Source of the DNA: a virus
Lineage: Duplodnaviria > Caudoviricetes
Length of the DNA: 64,000 nucleotides
Virus record (IMG/VR): IMGVR_UViG_3300032138_000008
Coordinates: 23,670 to 87,669 of that record
Reading direction: 5' to 3' (one strand)
This document shows positions 58,079 through 64,000 of the stretch, in pieces (the first letter of the stretch is position 1; each line of letters starts with the position of its first letter). The position numbers were made by a program, and so were the translations under genes. The notes under the pieces were generated by a model that had not been told where the DNA came from, made no database searches, and saw nothing but the letters and a program-made list of their open reading frames with translations.

Positions 58079-58753
58079 ATGTCTCTCGATAAGCTTAAAT
58101 GGCAGCAACAGATAAATCGCTTGCGCTATACTCATAAAGAACTAAAAGTAGTAGAAACAGTACAGATAGATGGGGCTTCCGCCTTCCAAGATTATTATGA
58201 AAACTTTTGTGCTGAGCGCGGTGTTGATATTGCAGAACTAAACTCTACCCACAAAGACAAAGTAGATGACCTATATTCTAACATTAAAGTCACGCCACTC
58301 GACCCTCCCGATGAAAGTGAAATGGGTGATGTCGAAATCGCGCCACGCGAAGAGGATGAGATAGACAAGCTGTTTAACAAAGTGTTTAAGAAGATAGCCG
58401 TCCACCTTCACCCCGATAAATTAGTGGGACTCACTGATGAGGAAGAGAAGAAGAAGAAAACCGACATGTTTCGCGATGCGCTAGACGCCTTAGAAAACAA
58501 ACGCTATTTTACGTTGATGGATTATGCAGAACAATATGATATCGAGGTCCCTATGGATTATCGCGTGCAAGCCCAGTGGGTGAAGAAAGAAATAGAAGCC
58601 GTTGAAGAAGAGATTAAAAGTGGGAAACAGACCTACACTTATCGTTTTTTTGATTGCGATTCAGACAAAGAGCGCGACATTCTAATAAAGAGATTTTTAA
58701 GACACTTGTTCGGCTATGAATTTGATGAGCCCGATGAAATAATTTTAAAATAA
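58079..58753 (+). CDS. J-domain-like protein
   Basis: FNKVFKKIAVHLHPDKL with the HPD tripeptide, followed by MFRDALDALE. Confidence 0.65.
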   Translation: MSLDKLKWQQQINRLRYTHKELKVVETVQIDGASAFQDYYENFCAERGVDIAELNSTHKDKVDDLYSNIKVTPLDPPDESEMGDVEIAPREEDEIDKLFNKVFKKIAVHLHPDKLVGLTDEEEKKKKTDMFRDALDALENKRYFTLMDYAEQYDIEVPMDYRVQAQWVKKEIEAVEEEIKSGKQTYTYRFFDCDSDKERDILIKRFLRHLFGYEFDEPDEIILK

Positions 58754-58757
58754 ATGC

Positions 58758-58786
58758 TTGACGTTGGGACGAGTATCTGTTATATT
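58758..58786 (+). promoter_or_regulatory. sigma70-type promoter
   Basis: TTGACG-17 nt-TATATT. Confidence 0.75.
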
Positions 58787-58810
58787 AATAGAGTAACACA
58801 GGAGGTAAGT

Positions 58811-59062
58811 GTGGCAACTACACACGATGAGAAGAAGAGATATGTCAAGGAGTACATTCGGTCCTTGGCTGCAATTGAGGAGGCCATGGAGCCTTATAAA
58901 GATCAGCGACGAGACTTGCGGGCCGAGTACCGCGAGAATAGTTGGCTGAATACGGATGAGATTCGGGCTGCTGTAAAGGCATATCGACTCTACAAAGGAA
59001 AGTTTAACATCGACGAAGTGGTGGAGAACTTTGAAATGATCGCAGGTGCGTCTAATGAATAA
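58811..59062 (+). CDS. small dsDNA-binding protein, T4 DsbA/GapR-like
   Basis: GTG after GGAGG. Helical YVKEYIRSLAAIEEAMEPYKDQRRDLRAEY...IRAAVKAY pattern. Confidence 0.5.
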   Translation: MATTHDEKKRYVKEYIRSLAAIEEAMEPYKDQRRDLRAEYRENSWLNTDEIRAAVKAYRLYKGKFNIDEVVENFEMIAGASNE

Positions 59063-59543
59063 AACAGTTCAGAAAGTAATGTTTTCGAGCAAGACAGGCG
59101 AATGGTCGACCCCCCAAGATTTTTTTGACAAACTAAATTGGAGATTTGGGCCTTTTGATTTGGATCCCTGCGCGACCATTCACAATACTAAATGCCCCAA
59201 CTTCATCACCGAAATAGAAGACGGGCTCTCTAAAAGTTGGGAAGGACACACAGTGTTTGTTAATCCTCCCTACGGAAGAGGGATTGACAAGTGGATTAAA
59301 AAAGGATACGAAGAGGCTAACGCCAACTCGGACACTAAGGTAGTAATGCTGATCCCCGCGCGCACCGATACAAAGTATTGGCACGATTATGTAATGAAAG
59401 CAGAAATGGTTTTCTTTATCAAAGGGCGATTAAAGTTTGGCGATAGTGAAAACAGTGCACCATTCCCCTCGGCAGTGGTGGTGTTTAGTAAGCGCCCTCA
59501 AGGATGGGGATGCACACCGGGCATGGGGGCGCTCACACGGTGA
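59055..59543 (+). CDS. phage N6-adenine DNA methyltransferase
   Basis: WSTPQDFF, FDLDPCA, VFVNPPYG, LIPARTDT and GRLKF. Confidence 0.88.
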   Translation: MNKTVQKVMFSSKTGEWSTPQDFFDKLNWRFGPFDLDPCATIHNTKCPNFITEIEDGLSKSWEGHTVFVNPPYGRGIDKWIKKGYEEANANSDTKVVMLIPARTDTKYWHDYVMKAEMVFFIKGRLKFGDSENSAPFPSAVVVFSKRPQGWGCTPGMGALTR

Positions 59544-59809
59544 ATAGAAAAGAACGCCGGCGCAGAGAAAAGATTAAAGGAAAGTTATCTCCAGGTGAGC
59601 AAAATCTTTCGGAAAAAATTTCCCTGTTTAATCGCATCCCAGACGCATGCAACACATGCGCACAACCTTTTGACAAGAAAGACAAAGGCATGGCCATCTC
59701 ATGGAGGGTCGTAGTTTTTGCAGAACAAGAAATAGTGAAACTATTTTGCCCTGATTGCATAGCAAGCGCTAAACAAGGAGGCAGTAATGACAATCAAGAG
59801 AATCAATAA
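59540..59809 (+). CDS. small Zn-finger protein
   Basis: Basic N-terminus with CNTC and CPDC motifs. Confidence 0.6.
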   Translation: MNRKERRRREKIKGKLSPGEQNLSEKISLFNRIPDACNTCAQPFDKKDKGMAISWRVVVFAEQEIVKLFCPDCIASAKQGGSNDNQENQ

Positions 59810-60164
59810 AGAAAATTTAAATAAGATTATTAATGGTAAAACTACCATTCCCGGTACGTGCATCGTTAAGTTTTATTCTAACGAGTGCCATCTATGTCAC
59901 AATCTCAAAGAGTATTATGAACACCTAGCTCAAGATTATACCGACAAGGATGGTCTCTATTTTTATGCGTTCAATGTGGCGGATGATCCCGGCATAGACA
60001 GCAGGCTTGGGTTTGAAGGAGTGCCGACCATTGTCGCTATTAAGGTGGCAGAAACCAGCAAAACCCCATTAATTAGAGAAGCCCCGCAGCCTGATACACC
60101 CAATGAACATACATGGTATCACCTGAACGAGGTAAAGCAGTTCATAGATAAGGAGATAATTTAA
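59787..60164 (+). CDS. thioredoxin-fold protein
   Basis: VKFYSNECHLC (CxxC) and GFEGVPTI. Confidence 0.75.
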   Translation: MTIKRINKENLNKIINGKTTIPGTCIVKFYSNECHLCHNLKEYYEHLAQDYTDKDGLYFYAFNVADDPGIDSRLGFEGVPTIVAIKVAETSKTPLIREAPQPDTPNEHTWYHLNEVKQFIDKEII

Positions 60165-60535
60165 TGAGTCAGAGCAAACAAAACATTTATAACGGATTAC
60201 GCATGCGCCTCCAAGGAGAAGGATTAGATGCGCTTGGAACCTTGCAAGGACTGTTTGATGGGCCCATCCCCGACACGGAAGCGATTCTCGACGCTGTCGC
60301 TGAAATTAATCGGTGTGAGAATGCCTTGACCGTCTTGCAAGGTTATATCGGCCCTCAATTTGCGCCGAAGCCAGCCCCGGTACCGGCTCCTCCACCACCC
60401 CCGGTGGAGACTGCAGAGGTATCGGAGAGATCCTCGATTGTAGTAGACGGTGTTCGTTCACCCACATTTAAAAGCGCCAAAGAACGCCGAGAAAAGCTAA
60501 TGAAAAAGAAGAAGAAGGACAAGAGTGATGACTAA
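60164..60535 (+). CDS. hypothetical protein
   Basis: 123-aa coupled ORF with a Pro-rich linker and Lys-rich tail. Confidence 0.65.
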   Translation: MSQSKQNIYNGLRMRLQGEGLDALGTLQGLFDGPIPDTEAILDAVAEINRCENALTVLQGYIGPQFAPKPAPVPAPPPPPVETAEVSERSSIVVDGVRSPTFKSAKERREKLMKKKKKDKSDD

Positions 60536-61553
60536 AAACGCACTATCTTATGACGATGTATTGCTTAAGCCGCAATACTCCGATATCGTCTCGCGAACTG
60601 AAATTGATATTTCCACCGACTTAGGTGACGGATTAATTCTGCGCACTCCTCTATTTGGGGCGCCAATGGATACCATCTCCGAAACCGCCATGGCTATGTC
60701 CCTGGGTAAAGAAGGCGCTGCAGCCGTTATTCATCGCTATAACAGCGTCGAAGCTCAAGGTCGTCTTGTACGCATGTCCCGTGAGCTTGGGGGAGACATT
60801 AACGTTGGCGCTGCTGTTGGCGTAACCGGAGATTATCTTAAGCGCGCTAACACCGCCGTCGAACAAGGCGCTACTTTTCTATGCATCGACGTTGCACACG
60901 GTCACCACTGCTTAACCAAAGCTGCCTTGGAGACACTGCGGAAAAAATTTCCCGACTTGCATATTATGGCCGGCAACATCGCAACCCTCGAAGGGCTTAA
61001 TGATTTAGCTGATTGGGGAGCAACCTCCGTTCGCTGCAATATTGGAGGCGGCTCTATTTGTTCCACGCGCGTTCAAACCGGACACGGCATGCCAGGACTC
61101 CAAACCATTTTAGACTGCGCACAAACCGATAGAGACGTCGCCATCATCGCAGACGGAGGAATTCGCAATTCCGGCGACATCGTTAAGGCGATAGCAGCCG
61201 GCGCCGATGCAGTAATGTGTGGCTCATTATTAGCCGGCACCACAGAGGCACCGGGCCAAGTGCTGCGAGAACCTGATGGCAGCGTATGGAAATCATATCG
61301 AGGAATGGCCAGCAAGGAAGCACAAACAGACTGGAAAGGAAAATATACGTCGTTTGAAGGGGTGGCCACGCGCGTACCCTATCAAGGAAAGGTAGCAGAC
61401 ATTCTAGCGGACTTGACGCGAGGCATTCGCTCCGGCTTATCTTATAGTGGAGCGAGATCGATTGAAGAGTTTCAAGCTAAAGCTGAATTTATGGTTCAAA
61501 CCCCTTCCGGCTTATCCGAAAGTGGCACCCACATCCTAAGTCGGAAGTGGTAA
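60528..61553 (+). CDS. IMP dehydrogenase / GMP reductase family enzyme lacking CBS domains
   Basis: [35 protein letters not shown] (catalytic Cys), IADGGI, YRGMAS and SGLSYSGA. Confidence 0.88.
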   Translation: MTKNALSYDDVLLKPQYSDIVSRTEIDISTDLGDGLILRTPLFGAPMDTISETAMAMSLGKEGAAAVIHRYNSVEAQGRLVRMSRELGGDINVGAAVGVTGDYLKRANTAVEQGATFLCIDVAHGHHCLTKAALETLRKKFPDLHIMAGNIATLEGLNDLADWGATSVRCNIGGGSICSTRVQTGHGMPGLQTILDCAQTDRDVAIIADGGIRNSGDIVKAIAAGADAVMCGSLLAGTTEAPGQVLREPDGSVWKSYRGMASKEAQTDWKGKYTSFEGVATRVPYQGKVADILADLTRGIRSGLSYSGARSIEEFQAKAEFMVQTPSGLSESGTHILSRKW

Positions 61554-61554
61554 A

Positions 61555-61875
61555 ATGACAATCGATTATGGCAATTTGACCAAACGAGTGGTCTTCACAG
61601 AAAATGACCACCGTCACGCAAAGTTATTATTGCGGCTGCAGCAAGACGGATTAACCCAAGCTTCATTCTTTCGTCACCTCATCACTGCCTACATCGAAGG
61701 CGACGAGCGCATCGTCGAATATATTGATGATGTAAAGACACAGTCGAAGACTCGAAAAGCCAAGACGAAAAGGCTGCGCGCGCAAGGAAAACAGTTCGTT
61801 GCCGACGCCGGTTTTTCGGAACAACAATTGGTGGACCTGTTTGACATTATCGCCGAAGAACATCCAGAGCTATAA
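61555..61875 (+). CDS. hypothetical protein (possible ribbon-helix-helix DNA binder)
   Basis: KRVVFTE...HAKLLLRLQQDGLTQASFFRHLI, a beta-alpha-alpha-like pattern. Confidence 0.45.
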   Translation: MTIDYGNLTKRVVFTENDHRHAKLLLRLQQDGLTQASFFRHLITAYIEGDERIVEYIDDVKTQSKTRKAKTKRLRAQGKQFVADAGFSEQQLVDLFDIIAEEHPEL

Positions 61876-61909
61876 AAAGTCGTTTTTTTGGACTTTATAC
61901 AAACACCTA

Positions 61910-61917
61910 ACTATTTA
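61910..61917 (+). promoter_or_regulatory. putative late promoter motif ACTATTTA
   Basis: Intergenic, upstream of 61957. Confidence 0.6.
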
Positions 61918-61956
61918 TTTTTGAGTTAGCATATTTGTGCTTAAGGAGAAATTTAA

Positions 61957-62853
61957 ATGGCTCGTAAAAAACTGTTATCAGAAGGCGAGGTTCGACAATT
62001 CATGAAATTGGCCGACCTAGGCGCTTTAAGTGAGAATTATTTCTCATCCACCCCCATCGAGGAAGAATCAGAGGAAAGCGCTTTACACGCGACCGAAGAC
62101 GAACTCGGTGCTGAAGATCACTTTGCTGATGAAGAAGGGGATGAGTTGGACGCTCTCGAAGACGAGCTTCCGGGAGAAGAAGGCGAACTGTCCCTTTCGG
62201 ACGAGGAAGCCCTCGCAATTATTGATTTGGCTAGCCGTCTCGAAGCAGCCATGGGCGGCGACGTAGAAGGGGGTGAAGAAGAACTTGAAGTCGACGCTGA
62301 ATTAGAAGCCCCCGAAGGCGAGCTTGAAATCGACGACGAAGAAGTTGTTGGTGGCATGGATGTGTATCAAGAAGGTGAAGGCAGCAAGAAGGGCGAATTT
62401 AAACGTCGCGATAAGAAGGGCAAAGTTGGTCACCGTGCCGGCGATGTCGGTGGTCACTATAAAGACTATGAAGACGACACCGGAGAGAAGAAGGGCGACA
62501 AGTCCTCCACTCATTCCGGCAAAGACTATCAAGAAGGCCAAGAACTCGACGAATTCATCAACATGGGCAGGCAGACGGGACCAGCCACGAGTACGGCCCG
62601 TGGATCACAGGGATCCGGCGTTCCAACCGGCGGTGGCAAAGGTGCCAAAGACGACTACGATTGCCCCGTTGGTATGGTGGCAGTCGACGGCAAGTGTGTC
62701 AAGAAGAGCGATGCAGCCCAAGGCTTGGACCAAGATGCTGTCGTGGCAGAGGTCGCACGTCGCGTAGCCGAACGGCTGAGCGCAAATAAGCGTAAAGATG
62801 AAATGGCTGCACAGTTGGCTGAACGCATCTTTGAACGCTTGACCTCAAAATAA
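61957..62853 (+). CDS. highly acidic low-complexity protein, putative internal head/core protein
   Basis: E/D/G-rich, with N-terminal LLSEGEVRQFMKLA. Preceded by the late motif and AAGGAG. Confidence 0.6.
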   Translation: MARKKLLSEGEVRQFMKLADLGALSENYFSSTPIEEESEESALHATEDELGAEDHFADEEGDELDALEDELPGEEGELSLSDEEALAIIDLASRLEAAMGGDVEGGEEELEVDAELEAPEGELEIDDEEVVGGMDVYQEGEGSKKGEFKRRDKKGKVGHRAGDVGGHYKDYEDDTGEKKGDKSSTHSGKDYQEGQELDEFINMGRQTGPATSTARGSQGSGVPTGGGKGAKDDYDCPVGMVAVDGKCVKKSDAAQGLDQDAVVAEVARRVAERLSANKRKDEMAAQLAERIFERLTSK

Positions 62854-62856
62854 TAC

Positions 62857-62885
62857 TTGACAAAAACCTTACGAGCAGTTATATT
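62857..62885 (+). promoter_or_regulatory. sigma70-type promoter
   Basis: TTGACA-17 nt-TATATT. Confidence 0.8.
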
Positions 62886-62937
62886 AACCACTGAGACCAC
62901 AAAAGGTTTTAGTGGTTAATTTACTTAGGAGCACTGT

Positions 62938-63345
62938 GTGGAATGGGCGCTGTTTACATTAACGTTTATCTTCGGATATATAACTTGTAAGTTACTCTAT
63001 TTTATTCGAGCAACTCGAACAAGCTTCCATCTTATTCGTGCTTCCCAGCTTATATCGGTCGCCCTTCTGGTTAAATCCATGGAGGACCTCTATTATGCCA
63101 AAATCTACCGCATGGAAAAAATGGTAGAATCAGGCGAGAGCGATCACAATATCACAGCCTTCTCTTATCGCATGGAAGAAGACGTCGACCACTTTAAGAA
63201 GAAGTCTGTGCAAGGATTAGTAGACCTACACCCCCAGTTCTTCCACCAACTGTTGGAGTTTGAGGATTGGAAGTCTGCAATGCATTTTCTAGAAGCCAAT
63301 AAAGACGTTGTCGCCGGCTTCCTTTCCAGGAGCAATCATGATTAA
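62938..63345 (+). CDS. hypothetical N-anchored membrane protein
   Basis: GTG after AGGAG. N-terminal hydrophobic WALFTLTFIFGYITC. Confidence 0.65.
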   Translation: MEWALFTLTFIFGYITCKLLYFIRATRTSFHLIRASQLISVALLVKSMEDLYYAKIYRMEKMVESGESDHNITAFSYRMEEDVDHFKKKSVQGLVDLHPQFFHQLLEFEDWKSAMHFLEANKDVVAGFLSRSNHD

Positions 63346-63991
63346 TCGTATTAAAGAAGCCATTGGAGCTTTTGTTACGGACGAAAAAGAAGAACCCAAC
63401 GAGCCCCGACTCGTTATTGTGGACCCCGCCATGCTACAAGCTGGAGCCCAAGAAGAGGAGCCGAACTCTCATCTTCTTGGACTATTTGCTGCGGTTGATG
63501 AAGAGAAGGTGGCCGAGCTTATCCATGGGCTTCTTCTGGTCGTCGAGCACGAGCACAAAAAAGAAGAAGACGCCAAGATCCCGGTGGAGTTTTATCTCTC
63601 GACATATGGGGGCTCAGCGGATGATATGTTTGCCCTTTATGATGTGATGCGATTAGTACGCGAAGATGTTATTATCCGCACCGTAGGCGTAGGCAAAGTT
63701 ATGTCCGCCGGCGTTCTTCTGCTAGCTGCCGGCACCAAAGGCGAGCGGAGCATTGCAAAGAACTGTCGTGTGATGATCCATTCGGTCATGGGCGGCAATC
63801 ATGGTGACCTTCACAACATGCTTAATGAGATGGAGGCCATCGAGCAACTACAACAAATGTTCGTGAATTGTTTAGTGTCCGAAACAAAAATGACCAAATC
63901 TCAGCTGAAAAAAATGCTAGATCGCAAAGTTAATGTCTATTTATCAGCAGAAGAAGCAGTCGAGCTAGGAATAGCCGACAACATTATTTAA
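63338..63991 (+). CDS. second ClpP-like protease subunit
   Basis: LSTYGGS, GKVMSAG (Ser), VMIHS (His) and NVYLSAEEAVELGIADNI. ATG 63338 after AGGAG. Confidence 0.85.
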   Translation: MINRIKEAIGAFVTDEKEEPNEPRLVIVDPAMLQAGAQEEEPNSHLLGLFAAVDEEKVAELIHGLLLVVEHEHKKEEDAKIPVEFYLSTYGGSADDMFALYDVMRLVREDVIIRTVGVGKVMSAGVLLLAAGTKGERSIAKNCRVMIHSVMGGNHGDLHNMLNEMEAIEQLQQMFVNCLVSETKMTKSQLKKMLDRKVNVYLSAEEAVELGIADNII

Positions 63992-64000
63992 GGATCCCCC

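Noticed and set aside
660-62900. Numerous minus-strand and alternate-frame ORFs in the track (e.g. 15268..15732, 17438..17845, 30428..31105, 47746..48315)
   Set aside because: All lie within longer + strand genes with recognisable motifs, lack RBS or motifs, and show antisense-shadow composition.
1-64000. Stop-codon recoding (seen in some large phages)
   Set aside because: Conserved genes are full length under the standard code, and TAA, TAG and TGA all terminate genes at expected ends.
1-64000. tRNA genes, CRISPR array, integrase, inteins/introns, DGR
   Set aside because: No cloverleaf or repeat-spacer pattern was seen in the short intergenic gaps. terL, nrdJ, dnaE and the helicase are uninterrupted. 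No reverse transcriptase or TR/VR pair is present. This was checked by eye only.

Overview
This is a 64 kb segment of a large lytic T4-like (contractile-tailed) phage genome. Every credible gene lies on the + strand. Positions 1-37.7 kb form a late/structural module: lysis-like membrane genes, terminase, portal, prohead protease, a phage bS21, a cluster of fibre/decoration paralogues, a stand-alone Smr protein, scaffold, major capsid, neck, sheath, tube, tail chaperone, tape measure and baseplate hub genes. Positions 37.7-64 kb form a replication/accessory module: a minimal family-A polymerase, a degenerate tubulin/FtsZ-like protein, gp32 SSB, a MORC-type GHKL ATPase plus Dam cassette, UvsX, DenV, FEN/RNase H, helicase, class II RNR, GroES, amidase endolysin, DnaE, two ClpP, a J-domain protein, a second MTase and a GuaB-like enzyme. 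Two promoter classes are visible by eye: sigma70 TTGACN-16/17-TAWAYT boxes in the replication module, and a recurring ACTA(T/A/C)TTA motif before the structural genes. The most notable signals are a likely +1 frameshift at a T7 run in the tail chaperone, the MORC-ATPase/methylase cassette with a palindrome-rich leader, the miniPolA-tubulin-SSB trio, an RBS-sequestering promoter hairpin, and the bS21 plus Smr translation pair. Product calls come from motif recognition by eye; no database search was run. I saw no tRNA, CRISPR array, integrase or intein.
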